DNA from: Malacoraja senta
Taxonomy: Eukaryota
Direction of reading: 5' to 3'
Length of the DNA: 64,000 nt
Assembly: GCA_038087875.1 (NCBI GenBank)
Contig: CM075988.1
Span: 25,732,001 to 25,796,000 of the forward strand
A model generated the notes under the pieces. It was not told the DNA's origin. It worked only from the letters and a program-made list of their open reading frames with translations, and ran no database searches. The position numbers were made by a program, and so were the translations under genes. Shown piece after piece: positions 12,135 through 24,584 of this stretch; position 1 is the stretch's first letter; every line of letters starts with the position of its first letter.

Positions 12135-12706
12135 GTATAGTGTCAACTCTACACTTTATTCATAGGTGAAGAGCGTGGGATTTACTGTGGTCTGGGGGCA
12201 TGTGCAAAAGTATCGTTTCTGGATCGGCTTAAACATGAGGTGTGGTTGACTCACAAGTGCCCTCTGAACTAAGCCATTCATTTTATATTCTATAATGCCA
12301 AGGCCAAAGAGATTTTATGGGATAATGTAACAGAGTAAATATTTCCACTGTTGCTTACTATTAATTTTAATTAATTAAATTTTTAATTAAAAAATTTTTT
12401 AATTCAATTTTTATTTTTTATTTTTATTAATTCACATTTTTATTCACATTGGGCTTATTTTCTTGTTCAGATCTCTGTGTGTTTGTAAAGTTTTGTTCAG
12501 GTTTCATTCCTGACTTGGTGCGCTATCAGGTTTTGTTACCATACTATTGTAATATAACATCATGAGAAAAATAGTTCCTCTTTATTGCTGATTATAAATG
12601 TCAACTTCCCGGTTCTATGGGTATAATTGAATAAAAATGCACTGTTAGAAGGAGATGAAATGTATGTGTTGAACTTTTTCTCCACCACTTCGCACATCAA
12701 GGTGCC

Positions 12707-12943
12707 TATAGAAACATAGAAAATAGGTGCAGGAGTCGACCATTCGGCCCTTCGAGCCAGCACCGCCATCCAATATGATCATGGCTGATCATCCAAAATC
12801 AGTACCCCGTTCCTGCTTTTTCCCCATATCCCTTGATTCCGTTAGCCCTAAGAGCTAAATCTAACTCTCTCTTGAAAACATCCAGTGAATTGGCCTCACC
12901 TGCTTTCTGTGGCAGAGAATTCCACAGATTCACAACTCTCTGG
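12707..12943 (-). mobile_element. CR1/HER1 3' fragment
   Basis: ATAGAAACATAGAAAATAGGTGCAGGAG...CAGATTCACAACTCTCTGG. Confidence 0.85.
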
Positions 12944-13253
12944 CTTATTTCTGCAGCAGTGTGAGACCAGGCCATGCAGGGATTCCTTGGTTTAATGCCT
13001 GTACTGTGGTGAATTATTTGACCTACCTGTAGGTCACTGATTTGACAATAACTCTGGCTGTTGTTTTGGGGAAGGCAGGAAGGTGGCTGGGGAGTTTGTC
13101 TCTGGTCATCGGTGAGTGAACTCTAGTGAGGGCTGAATGCTGTACGTGACATGGTTCAAAAACAGCTCACTGGCCGAGGGGCTGTGTTGGTATCACACTC
13201 AATGCATGGATATGTGAAAGTGATAGCTTGCCCATCAGCTCAACAAGCTTACA

Positions 13254-13533
13254 GGGTGGCACAGCGGTGAAGTTGCTGCCTCACAGGGTTCGATCCTTAG
13301 TGCGGGTGCTGTCTGTGTGGAGTTTGTACGTTCCCCCTGCGACCTGCGTGGGTTTTTCTCTGGGATCTCTAGTTTCCTCCCACACTCCAAAGACATATCT
13401 TTGTAGGTTAATTGGCTTGGTATAATTGTCCCAAGTTTGTGTAGGATCGTGTTATTGTGCAGGGATCGCTGGTCAGCGTGGACTCGGTGGGCCGAAGGGC
13501 CTGTTTCCATGCTGTATCTCTAAACTAAACTGA
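13254..13533 (+). mobile_element. HE1 SINE
   Basis: Head, V-domain and CTAAACTAAAC tail. Confidence 0.85.
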
Positions 13534-13732
13534 AGCACATTGGGTTTTGTCCTCTATGTCCGCACTTGGGTGTAATTATACCAGCAGGGATGCCAGCTTT
13601 CTGCTGCCTTTAACACAGCACAGGGAAGTCAGGGAAGGGAAGGAGAAATCGCAAAAGGAAATTGCCGTGAGATTTCCCAGCGACCTCCACCGGTGCCAGA
13701 GTAATTAAATATCCTGCAGATGCCCTGATAAT

Positions 13733-14385
13733 GAGCTGCCACACTTGCCCAGCGTGTGTGAGCAGGTGTGTGTGAGCAGGTATGCGAGCTGCCAGTTGCC
13801 CAGCATGTGTGAGCAGGTGTACAAGTTGCCACACTCGCCCAGCCTGTGTGAGCAGGTGTGTGTGAGCAGGCTGTGTGTGTGAAGGTGTGTGTGTGTGCAG
13901 GTGTGTGTGAGCAGGTGTGCGAGCTGCCAGTTGCCCAGCATGTGTGAGCAGGTGTACAAGTTGCCACACTCGCCCAGCCTGTGTGAGCAGGCTGTGTGAG
14001 CAGGTGTGTGTGTGAAGGTGTGTGTGTGTGCAGGTGTGTGAGCTGCCACACTCCAGGCTGTGTGTGCAGGTGTGTGCGTGTGCAGGTGTGTGTGTGTGCA
14101 GGTGTGTGTGTGCAGGTGTGTGTGTGCAGGTGTGTGTGTGTGCAGGTGTGTGTGTGTGTGCAAGTGTGTGTGTGTGCAGGTGTGTGTGTGTGCAGGTGTG
14201 TGAGCTGCCACACTCCAGGCTGTGTGAGCAGGTGTGTGTGCAGGCGTGTGTCTGTGCAGGTGTGTCTGTGCAGGTGTGTGAGCTGCCACACTCCAGGCTG
14301 TGTGAGCAGGTGTGTGTGTGCAGGTGTGTGTGTGAGCAGGTGTGCGTGAGCAGGTGTGTGTGAGCAGGTGTGTGTGCAGGCGTGC
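13733..14385. repeat. Complex GT-rich mini/microsatellite
   Basis: (TG)nCAGG units interspersed with repeated GCTGCCACACTCCAGGC / GTTGCCACACTCGCCCAGC modules. Confidence 0.9.
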
Positions 14386-14839
14386 GTACAGCAGTAAGAT
14401 ACTGTTTACTCCGGATATTGTAATGATTGCGAGAGAAGACAAGGGCAGGCAGCGGTGTCCCTGGAGACTTGACAGAGTTGTGGCCATTAGATATTGGCTG
14501 AACGGTTCCAGCAGGAAGTGCGGGCGATGCAAATGGACATGTTATTTATTGTAGACGACAGCGTGATGCTGGGAGGGGAGCAGGTCACTCGCTGACTGCC
14601 AAATCACAAGGCTTCCATTGTCACATTAACCACTTCCATCTCGGCTGCTCCCAAGGACTGCGAGCAGAGTGAGAAGAACACCATTTAATAAAGAGCTCAT
14701 GTGAATGGGCGAAGCTGGTGCCTGGATCAATATCATCGCTGCCCTGTGACACAACCTTGTCTGTGATCTTCATGTTGCCGGTAAATTGCATCAGAAGGAA
14801 TATCAGTGAGGAGCAGACACCGTGGCTATATCTGTTGCA

Positions 14840-15165
14840 GCTCATGCCTTGGAAACTTAATTGAGTTTTATGAGGAGCTGATGAAGGTGATTGATGAGTT
14901 TAGGGCATTGGATGTTATCTACAAACATTCTAGCACGGCATTTGATAAAGTCCCTCATGGTAGACTGATGCAGGAGATTAAGATGCATGGGATTCACAGC
15001 CACTTGGTGGTACGGATTGAGAACTGGCTTACCTGTACAAGGTAGTGGTGGAAGAGTGCTACTCTGGATGGAGGTTGCATTTGGAGTGTTAGGTGCAGTT
15101 CTGGTCATCCCGTTACAGGAAGGATGTGAAGGCTTTGTAGAGAACGCAGAAGAGGTTCAGCAGAA
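14840..15165 (+). mobile_element. Degraded CR1 reverse transcriptase fragment
   Basis: SCLGNLIEFYEE...DVIY..S.AFDKVPHGRL...WIENWL-like translation. Confidence 0.8.
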
Positions 15166-15271
15166 TGCATACTCCTGCCTCGTGCATCAATGCAAGTAAT
15201 TTCAGAGCCGTCAACTTTCATCTGCACTTAAAGCCCCAGCACTGCTGGGCGATGCAGTTATACAGGTTGTG

Positions 15272-15463
15272 ATATACGATACAATACAATAGCACATTAT
15301 TTATCCCAGGAGGGAAATTGATCTGCCTCCAGTCATAAAACACAAAACTACATGAAACATAAAATACAAGGGACGAGTGGAAAGGATTGGGGATGTGCAA
15401 AGATTGGGGAGGGGGGAGACAGTCTACCCCACGACAGAAGGGGGAGGAGTTGAACAGTTTGAT
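15272..15463 (-). mobile_element. Rex1-like LINE 3'UTR
   Basis: (ATAC/ACAAT) tail and AGTCTACCCCACGAC shared with 30240-30380. Confidence 0.6.
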
Positions 15464-15698
15464 ATCAGAAAAGGGGAAATTTCAACTTCAACATAAAGAT
15501 CTCAACATTAGTCTCTTGAGCAAATCTTTGACAGTTCAGGTACAATTATCACCAAAATATTCCTAATGCAAAATAGCACGCAACGTCACACGTTGCAGTA
15601 AAACCCATGCAACTCACGTGGCTTGGGAACATTTACACGTCCTTTTGCCTAAAGAAATGAACCGTTGCAGTCCTTGAAGTTCCCAGTCTTTCCCAGTC

Positions 15699-15906
15699 AG
15701 GAAGGAACTGCAGATGCTGGTTTAAACCAAAGAGCTGGAGTAACTCAGCGGGTCAGACAACATCTCTGGTGAAAATGAATGGGAGACGTTTGGGTTTTGG
15801 TTTCAGAGTTTGAAGAAGGGTCTCGACCTGAAACGTCACCAATTCCTTCTCTCCAGAGATGCTGTCTGACCCGCTGAGTTACTCCAGTTTTTTATGTCTA
15901 TCTTCA
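15699..15906. mobile_element. Penelope-terminus fold-back element
   Basis: Inverted arms around GAAGAAGGGTCTCGACCTGAAACGTC. Confidence 0.8.
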
Positions 15907-15933
15907 ATAGGAACAGTTCCTGTTCAATTCAGG

Positions 15934-16727
15934 ATAAACGCAAAATGCTGGAGTAACTCAGCGGGACAGGCAGCATCTCTGGAGAGAAGGAATGGGTGAC
16001 GTTTCAGGTCGAGACCCTTCTTCAGACTGAGAGTCAGGGAAGGAGGAGATACAGAGATAAGGAAGAGTATGGTGTGGGAACGAGACATCAAAGGAGGTGG
16101 AGATCAAGGAAAATGTAGAAGACAAAATAAACAGATAAAAAGTAATCAGGGAGAGTCTGGTGGGTGAACTATGAACGAGGAGGGATGGAGAGAGAAGGAA
16201 AGCAAGGGTTACTTCAAGTTAGAGAAGTCAATGTTCATACCGCTGGGGTGTAAACTACCCAAGTGAAATATGAGGTGCTGTTCCTCCAATTTGCGCTGGG
16301 CCTCACGCTGACAGTGGAGGAGGCCCAGGACAGAAAGGTCAGATTGGGAGTTAAAGTGTTTTGCAACTGAGAGATCTGGTAGGTTTCGGCGGACTGAGCG
16401 GAGATGTTCAGCGAAACGATCGCCGAGCCTGCTCTTGGTCTCACCGATGTACAGGAGTCCACACCTGGAACAGCGGATACAGTAGATGAGGTTGGAGGAG
16501 GTGCAAGTCAACCTCTACCTCATCTGCCTCATCGGGGTCCTTGGACGAAGTCGAGGGAGGGGGGGGGGGTTATTGGGACAGGTGTTGCATCTCCTGCAGT
16601 TGCAGGGGAAGGTACCTGGGAAGGGGGTAGTTTGGGTTGGAAGGGACGAGTTGACCAGGGAGTTGCGGAAGGAACGGTCTCTGCGGAAAGCGGAGATGGG
16701 AAGATGTGACTAGTGGTGGGATCCCGA
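15934..16727 (-). mobile_element. 5'-truncated Penelope-like retroelement: GIY-YIG endonuclease end, 3'UTR and terminus
   Basis: ORF 16209-16511 TCTSSNLIYCIRCSRCGLLYIGETKSRLGDRFAEH...LEEQHLIF..GSLHPSGMN is a Penelope GIY-YIG domain. It is followed on the same strand by the terminus with CTGAAGAAGGGTCTCGACCTGAAACGTC. Confidence 0.92.
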
Positions 16728-16979
16728 TCTCATAGATGAGGCCCTCGTTGGTTGGCGCCGACTCGGTGGGCCGAAGGGCCTGTTTTCACGCTGTATCTCT
16801 CTAAACTAAACAAGGAGGAACCACTGTGAAATAAAATTTTCGGGTGTATGATATACATATTTTATGCTCTCCATTTATGAATAAACATTACATAAGATAG
16901 TTTCTGCGCAAGAAAGCCTCAGGAAATAGTTTCTAATTGGCCTGGTCAGTATGGGGATGAGCCACAGGAGAGGATGTCG

Positions 16980-17076
16980 CAGATGAAGGGTTTCAACCGC
17001 AAACGTCACCCATTCCTTCTCTCCAGAGATGCTGCCTGTCCCGCTGAGTTACTCCAGCATTTTGTGTCTATCTTCA
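16980..17076 (+). mobile_element. Solo Penelope terminus
   Basis: AAACGTCACCCATTCCTTCTCTCCAGAGATGCTGCC...GTGTCTATCTTC. Confidence 0.75.
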
Positions 17077-17407
17077 GCCACAAGAGTTTACCATTGTGAC
17101 GCAGTGTTTGCAAGGCTCCGACTAGGTTTGTTCTCCAGTGATCAATCATGCCCCAAGTACGAGTGTTGGTTGAGGACAAGATGGGGTCAGAGTTGTTGGC
17201 AGAACAACCTGACGTCATTGTTCACAGCTGACCAGCCAAGTAAAATAAAGTGAGTGAGATCCTCAGCATAATCAGGATGGATGTGGTTTACAACAGAAGG
17301 GGAAGAGAGGGGAGGGTGAGGTAAAAGTATAGCAGTAGGAAGACTTAAAGGATGCTGTTCCTGAGTTTAGTATTTTTGTCAATGCAATAATTCGGGACAT
17401 AATTCAT

Positions 17408-18075
17408 TGTGTGGAGTTTGCATGTTCTCCCTGTGATCACATGGGTTTCCTCCGGGTGCTGCGGTTTCCACCCACACCCCAAAGACTTGCAGGTTTGTAG
17501 AAACATAGAAACATAGAAAATAGGTGCAGGAGTAGGCCATTCGGCCCTTCGAGCCTGCACTGCCATTCAATATGATCATGGCTGATCATCCAACTCAGTA
17601 TCCTGTACCTGCTTTCTCTCCATACCCCCTGATCCCTTTAGCCACAAGGGCCACATCTAACTCCCTCTTAAATATAGCCAATGAACTGGCCTCAACTACA
17701 TTCTGTGGCAGAGAGTTCCACAGATTCACCACTCTCTGTGTAAAAAATATTTTTCTCATCTCGGTCCTAAAAGACTTCCCCCTCATCCTTAAACTGTGAC
17801 CCCTTGTTCTGGACTTCCCCAACATTGTGAACAATCTTCCTGCATCTAGCCTGTCCAACCCCTTAAGAATCTTGTAAGTTTCTATAAGATCCCCCCTCAA
17901 TCTTCTATATTCTAGCGAGTACAAGTAGGGTTGTAGGTTCATTGGACTCTGTAAATTGTCCCTAGTGGGTGGGAAAGTGGGATCACCTACAACTGGTGTG
18001 AACGGGCGATCGATGGGTTAGAATGGACCCAATGGGCCGAAGGGTCTGTTTCTCTGCTGTAATCTCCAAACTAAA
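17408..18075 (+). mobile_element. HE1 SINE split by a CR1 insertion
   Basis: V-domain at 17408-17500; the SINE resumes at about 17928. Confidence 0.75.
17498..17925 (-). mobile_element. CR1/HER1 ORF2 C-terminus and tail
   Basis: LYSLEYRRLRGDLIETYKILKG...FFTQRVVNLWNSLP; (ATAGAAAC)n tail. Confidence 0.92.
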
Positions 18076-18277
18076 CGGTGCTGGCCCTTGTGGTGCTAGC
18101 TCAAAGGGCCGAATGGCCTACTCCTACTTAGTCTATTGTCTAAACTAAACTAAGCTAATGAAAAGTGTGCACAAGTCACAGAGAGGAGAGCATTGTCCTG
18201 AGTAAAACTGCGAATGAAGGACTTGTGTCAGGAAGTTGAGATAGTTCTTGGCGCAAAGAAGTTTAAGAGGAGATTTA

Positions 18278-18585
18278 AGGGGCTGTCCCACTGTACGAGC
18301 TAATTCAAGAGCTCTCCCGAGTTAAAAAACAAACAAACTCGTGGTAAGCACGTAGAATGTACGTAGCGGGTACGTCGGAGCTCGGGGACGTCTCTTAGCG
18401 GCTCGTAACGCTAACGGCAGGTACTCGGGAAACGCCGGAAGCTCGTGAAGATTTTTCAACCTGTTGAAAAGTGTCCACGAGCGCCCCGAGTACCTACGAG
18501 CGGCCATTACCGTAAATTCTCCGAGTTCGAATCAGGGGAAACTCGGGAGAACTCTTGAATTAGTTCGTACAGTGGGACAGCCCCT
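18278..18585. mobile_element. Harbinger-type MITE, family A
   Basis: TTA|AGGGGCTGTCCCACTGTACGA ... TCGTACAGTGGGACAGCCCCT|TAA. Confidence 0.88.
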
Positions 18586-18984
18586 TAAGTGGAACAAAGT
18601 AAAAACTGTGAGGAATTTTGAGAACCCACTTCATCTATCTCTGCTGGCAGGATGGTGAGTAACCAGAGGACCAGAGTTGCAATCATTGAACAAGGAAACA
18701 GAGGGAGATTAGATCTTTTTTTTTAAAACATCAAATTGTTATAATCTTAATTCACCGCCGGAAAGGGTGGTAGAGACAGATTTAACCGAAACAATCAAAA
18801 GGAAATTGGATAAATACTAGAGAAAAAATATAATTGCAGGGCCATGGGGAAAAGACCAAGGCAAGTGGGACTAATTTGATAATTTTTTATAAAACCTGCC
18901 CCAGGCAGCATTGGCTTCCTCCCATACTGAATATTTCTATCTTCATTTATCTCCATTTACTTCTATCACAAAAATAACGTGACA

Positions 18985-19171
18985 TGTTTAAGAGGGAACT
19001 GCAGATGCTGGAAAAATCGAAGGTAGACAAAAATGCTGGAGAAACTCAGCGGGTGAGGCAGCATCTATGGAGCGAAGGAATAGGTGACGTTTCGTGACGA
19101 AACGTCACCTATTCCTTCGCTCCGTAGATGCTGCCTCACCCGCTGAGTTTCTCCAGCATTTTTGTCTACCT
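18985..19171. mobile_element. Penelope-terminus fold-back element with collapsed centre
   Basis: 75-bp inverted arms 19021-19095 and 19097-19171; flank duplication AAAA(T/G)AA(C/T)GTGACA. Confidence 0.88.
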
Positions 19172-19429
19172 AAAAGAATGTGACAGATCGCATGTTAGCC
19201 AGGGTCCCTCATGGAGTTAATGTCTTCAGTTTAAAAATAAGTAATATTGGAAAGTGGACGAACTGTGTCTGTGCGAACTTCTAATCAGAGTTTGACGGGG
19301 ATAGGAATATAAAGAGTGGTTTGGTTTGTCTCTCTGTGACTCTGGCCAAACAAGGCAATGTGTTAGTTTAAAATGAAATTACCAATGTGGATTTCAAATC
19401 TGTCAGAAACAGCATATCTTGAAGAAATA

Positions 19430-19832
19430 CGACTCCTTCTAGTAGGTAAGGTAGACCTCTTCTTATTGATATGGTCTCCTTTCATCGACTTTCTACAAGC
19501 ATATGGTGCAACACAATCTTAGAAAAATATAATGGTTCAGAAACAGTTATATCACTTTCAATCTCCTTTCCTCTTTTTTGTTTCTTTTTTCTTTCTTTCT
19601 TCTCTTTTTTTCTCCTCATTTTTTTTCTAGGGCTATTTTGCTATCTCACGCAACACTTCATCTCAATCTTTCCTTTTGTAATCTTTCATTTCTTATTTTT
19701 GCTTCATTATTAAATTAAAAATAAGAAGTTGTATATGAAATGTAATATGTCAATAAGTATTAGGTACTTTGGTACCACATTATTGTACCTACTTCGAAAA
19801 AATAAAAAATAAAAAAATAAATTATAAAAAAG
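19430..19832 (+). mobile_element. Probable L1/Tx1 LINE 3' end
   Basis: T-rich 3'UTR, AATAAA and A-rich tail. Confidence 0.5.
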
Positions 19833-20883
19833 AAATCACCAATGCACACACAAGGATGATTTCTATCCTGCCCTCAAACGCTTGGTCGGGCAAACATTAC
19901 TAGAGGAACAGGCTGTTTCCTGCCACCCCTCTGTGCTTGCAGGCATCAGCTGGTGACTCAGCTGTGTCGAGGGGAGGGTTTTGTTGGTTGGGGTTGGATC
20001 TGAGGGAGGGGTGAGGTGAGGTGAGGTGTGATGGGAGGGAGTGTGCGGTCGGTGGCAGCAGGAGAGGAACGGTCCTCTGGTGTTATTGATCCAGCTGAAC
20101 GAGCGACTATATCGAGTGACTGTTGTTTAAGGAAGGGATGGGTCGGCATTTTGTCTCCACCCTGCTGCCACCATTACCTCGGCTGGAGAGCTGGTGAGAA
20201 GCTGGGGTTGCTGAGAGAGCCAGTGAACCAGACTAATGCAAATCAAGGTCGGTGATACTCAGCCCTTTCTGAGATAAACCTGATCGAAACCAAAGCCTGT
20301 TTGTTGTCTGCTCTTGGACGAGGACAGTCGCCCGTCAGAGGGATGAAGTAAGTCAAAAGGGTTGTTGCTGCTTTTTTTAAGACAGACTGTCAGTCTACAA
20401 TGCGCTGTAAAGATTTAATAAGCTACCTAGGGAAAACATTGCTTGTTTCATTAATTTGTACAGCTGTATATTTGAGACTCCAGCGTTTAGAAGGCAGATA
20501 CTGTTTTGGTTGTGTGTTGGTGGGTGCCATGAGAGTTTGTTCCCCGGACTTTACAATAAGTGCTAAAGGGCTGAGTAAATGTGGGGATCAGGTTTACAGC
20601 TCGGATATACATATACTTGTTTGCACTTGTTACAGCCGTCAGATTCCAGCTGCTGTTTGAATCATCTTTAATTCCAAAGGATTTAATCACTGCTGTTCGA
20701 GTTTGGGATAAATCCATTGGGTTTTATCAATAAAATGAACAAAATCAGCACAAAGTTAATAATTGTAATAATCATAGTGGATTTATTCCCGCTGCTTGAG
20801 TGGGCGAGCGTGAAAGAGTCGGTGACTTTATAAAGAAGGAATTACTGGTGTATCATGCAATCACAGGGTTCCCCAGCCAATGA

Positions 20884-21325
20884 AGATTATGGGGAGAAGG
20901 CAGGAGAATGGGGTTAGGAGGGAAAGATAGATCAGCCATGATTGAATGGCAGAGTAGACTTGATGGGCCGAATGGCCTAATTCTACTCCTATCACTTATG
21001 ACCTTCTTATAGAAACATATAAAATTCTTAAGAATTGGACAAGCTGGATGCAGAAAAAAATGTTCCTGATGTTGGGGGAAGTCTAGAACCAGGGGTTACA
21101 GGTTAAGAAAAAGGTGTAGGCCATTTAGGATTGAGATGAGGTCAACCTATACACCCAGAGAGTGGTGAATCTGTGGAATTCTCTTTCAAGAGAGAGCTGA
21201 GGGCTAACTGAATCAAGGGATATGGGGAGAAGGCAGGAATGGGGTACTGATTTAGGATGATCAGCCATGATCATATCGAAGGGCTGAATGGCCCAATCCT
21301 GCACCTATTTTCTATGTTTCTATGA
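20884..21325 (+). mobile_element. Two tandem CR1 3' fragments
   Basis: Two CR1 tails; second carries IETYKILK..D.LD. Confidence 0.85.
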
Positions 21326-21474
21326 CCTTTTGAAATGTACCCATGGTGGCAATGTAAAGAGTCTGATGATGGCTTTGCAGACAGAAGCTACCAAACACAA
21401 TGTTGTTCTACAGAACTGACAATCTCGCTTCTGTATTGATCTAAGTAAAATGACCCAGACAAGGGCGAGAATTG

Positions 21475-21687
21475 TAGACAGACCCAGAGTGCAGTGGGTC
21501 AGGCAGCATCTCCGGAGAAAAGGAATAGATGACGTTTCGGGCCACGACCCTTCTTCTCTCAGTCTGAAGAAGGGTCTCGACCTGAAACGTCACCAACTGC
21601 TTCTCACAGCTGCCTGTCCCGCTGTGTCACTCCAGCATTTTGTGTCTATCTTCACTTTAAACCAGCATCTGCAGTTCCTTCCGACAC
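21475..21687. mobile_element. Penelope-terminus fold-back element
   Basis: Inverted arms; CTGAAGAAGGGTCTCGACCTGAAACGTC on the + strand. Confidence 0.8.
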
Positions 21688-21954
21688 TAGGAGGAGAATT
21701 CCATGGCTCTTCGTCGCTTCATGCCCACGGATCTTTTAAAACTCACTGAGAAAGCAAATCCTCTTTGTAAGGATCTAATTTCTGTTAACAAACGTCAGTC
21801 GGGAATAAGAGCAAAGTGAAGTAGATTGAAGTAGGTTATTTGTCAACACTGATGTCATTAAGTGACTTGACTTTGAATAAAGTCAGAGGGGATTGTGAAT
21901 CACTTAAACGCATCTGGAATATTAAACTAGTAATGGTGAATATGAAACAACTGG

Positions 21955-22110
21955 ATTAAGGCGGAGATAGATAGATGTTTGATTAGTATGGGTGTCAGGG
22001 GTTATGGGGAGAAGGAAGGAGAATGGGGTTAGGAGGGAGAGATAGATCAGCTATGATTGAATAGTGTGGACGATGGGCTGAATGGCCTAATTCAACTCCT
22101 ATCACTTGAT
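21955..22110 (+). mobile_element. CR1 3' tail
   Basis: GGGGTTATGGGGAGAAGG...GATCAGC.ATGATTGAA. Confidence 0.8.
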
Positions 22111-22124
22111 CATATATGCTGAAA

Positions 22125-22825
22125 AAAGACAAAATGCTGGAGTAACTCAAGTGGGACACTCATCATCTCTGGAGAACATGGGTAGGTGACGTTTTGGTTC
22201 GGGACCCTTCTTCAGACATTATATATTGGGGGGGGGTAGACGAGGCTGGGAGAGAGGAGGGGCAGGACAAAGCGTGTCTGGTAAAAGGTTGACACAGGTG
22301 ATGGAATGGGAAGGGGAGTTAAAATGGTTAGCAACCAGGAGACCCAGTAGGCCTCGACGGACCAAGCGTAAGTGTTTGGTGAAACAGTCGCCCAGTCTAC
22401 ACTTGGTCTTGCCGTTGTACAGGAGTGCATCACTCCCTCAGCTCCATCCCCAACCCACAAACCCCTCACATTACCTTGTTAGGCCACATCGGGAACACTG
22501 GGTGCAGTAGGTGAGGTTAGAGGAGGTGCACCTGAACCTCTGTCTCACCTGGAAGGACTGCTGGGGTCCTTGGATGGAGGTGAGGGAGGAGATGTAGGGA
22601 CAGGTGGTACATCTTTTACAATTGCTAGGGAAGGTACCTGGGGAGGGGGTGGTTTGAGTGGGAAGGGATGAGTGAACCAGGAAGTTGCGGAGAGAGCGGT
22701 CTCTGCGGAAGGCAGAAAGTGGTGGGGATGGGAAGATGTTACTGTTGGTGGGATCACATTGGATGGGACGGAAGTGTCAAAGGATTGATGATGTGTTAGA
22801 CGTGAGGCTGGTGGGGTAAAGGTCT
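22125..22825 (-). mobile_element. Degraded Penelope fragment (GIY-YIG region plus terminus)
   Basis: Homologous to 16209-16727; reads QRFRCTSSNLTYCTQCSRCG on the minus strand. Confidence 0.85.
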
Positions 22826-23049
22826 TGGCTTTTTTTTGTAAACCTGCAACTGCGGTTTTGTGTAGCCCACATCTGATTATGTTAAAAAAAAACATCAGGG
22901 GTCACCAATGTCAAGCATCACCAGACTGGCCAACCTGAAGTAATCGCCCATCAGTCCACGAGGAGCTGGAACAGAAACACAGGCTTTGCACCAGGACCAT
23001 TGTCTGGGTCACACTGTAGAGCAAAGATGTCTTCAAACTGCAATGAGTG

Positions 23050-23712
23050 GTGAAAATATTTACAAAGATGTTCCCAGATCTCGAGGGGTCAAGTTATAAG
23101 GGCAGCCTAGGATATAATTCCGTGGAGCCTACAAGGTGGAGGGCTGATCATACAGAGGTGCATAAAACTATGAGGGGGATTGATTGGATGAATATACAGG
23201 GTCTTTCTGGCAAGGTTGAGAATCAAGAGCAAGAGGGGCCGAATGAGGAAGGCTGATCACAAAAATCTTAATACAAGTGGTAGGGGCCAAATCTATTGAG
23301 TTTAAGTCGAGTTTAAGTCGAGAGGGGAAAGATTTTATAGGAACATGAAGGATAACTTTTTCACACAGATGGTGGCGGGTATATGGACTGAACTGGCAAA
23401 GGAAGTGGTTGAGGCAGGTACAATCACAAATTTAAAAGACATTTGGCCAGGTACATGGATGGAAAAGATAGAGGGATGTGATTGAAACGTGGGAACATGT
23501 AACCAGAGTAGGGGGGCATCTTGGTCTGAAGGGCTGCTTCCAATCCTGTTTCACTCTGTGATTCTATGAGAATGCTTCACCATTACAGGGTTGACTGTAA
23601 GTTCATCAGTGACAGGAGCAGAATTAGGCCATTCGGCCCATCAAGTCTACTTCGCCATTCAATCATGGCTGATCTATCTTTCCCTCTTAACCCCATTCTC
23701 CTGCCTTTGCCC
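23050..23712. mobile_element. Old CR1 3' fragment (+) and CR1 tail (-, 23605-23712)
   Basis: Degenerate RR.RAD..EV.K.MRG.D and FFTQ.V motifs. Confidence 0.7.
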
Positions 23713-23768
23713 CACAGAAGAGTGAAGAGGACTTTGTTATCCACTCAAAACAAGAAGCAGTTTGCACA

Positions 23769-23843
23769 CTGAAGAAACGCCATCCATTCCTTCTGTCCAG
23801 AGATGTTGCCTGTCCCGCTGAGTTACTCCAGCTATTTGTGTCT
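23769..23843 (+). mobile_element. Solo Penelope terminus with 14-bp TSD
   Basis: AAGCAGTTTG(C/T)ACA at 23755-23768 and 23844-23857. Confidence 0.75.
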
Positions 23844-24584
23844 AAGCAGTTTGTACAGTTTTGAGCATTCTGATATCTTTATCCGTGTTCTATGTCTAAA
23901 ACTTCACACACAAAAAAAGATCTGACAATGTATTTTGTCATCTGTATTAGTTAGGGAAACCGATTATCATGTCAGTCTCGCCCCAAGGAAATGAGAGCTT
24001 CTGCCTTATTTAAAACGTTAGCTCTGTTAATTAAATACATTTCAACATGTGTAATTGATAAAAAAAATACAGTGATACAAAGGGAGAGACATGTACATTG
24101 GTGAATACTTCATGTGTGGTGAGATTGAAGAAGGAATTCCACTCAAGTATTTACAATCTGGATTGAATTGTAAAAGGGGAACATGGATGGTGAGTGATGG
24201 AACCCAAATAGAAATCTTACCTCATTGGAGAATTGGGCTTGGCAAAGCCAGGGGGTAAGATGCTCCACAACAATCATTCATCTCGTCTCTAAGAATTTGA
24301 ACTCTCCTTTTCATTAAGTCACGCACCTGGTTCTTCCACGTCACCACTTCAGTTACTTAAACCCTCGTCCAAATCAAAGATAGTTCATTTCAGCCTATTC
24401 TCATCCAGCCTCCTCATTCATCCAAAGTTCTGCCACCCATTCCCAACTCCCTCTCGTCACCTTGTTCACTCGTCGCCCTTGTGCTCGACACTCGATCCTG
24501 AGGTAAACCTACTCAGTTTATGGCTTAATCATTAAACTTTATGCCTCACTTTTCAAATTGCACTATTCCCTACCCTTCTCTGCT

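Noticed and set aside
12166..12239. Extra exon just after 12134
   Set aside because: The intervening intron would be only about 30 nt, and the end phase does not match exon 28045.
13610..14554. Long His/Thr- or Cys/Val-rich ORFs
   Set aside because: Artefacts of the (GT)n-based repeat, which lacks stop codons.
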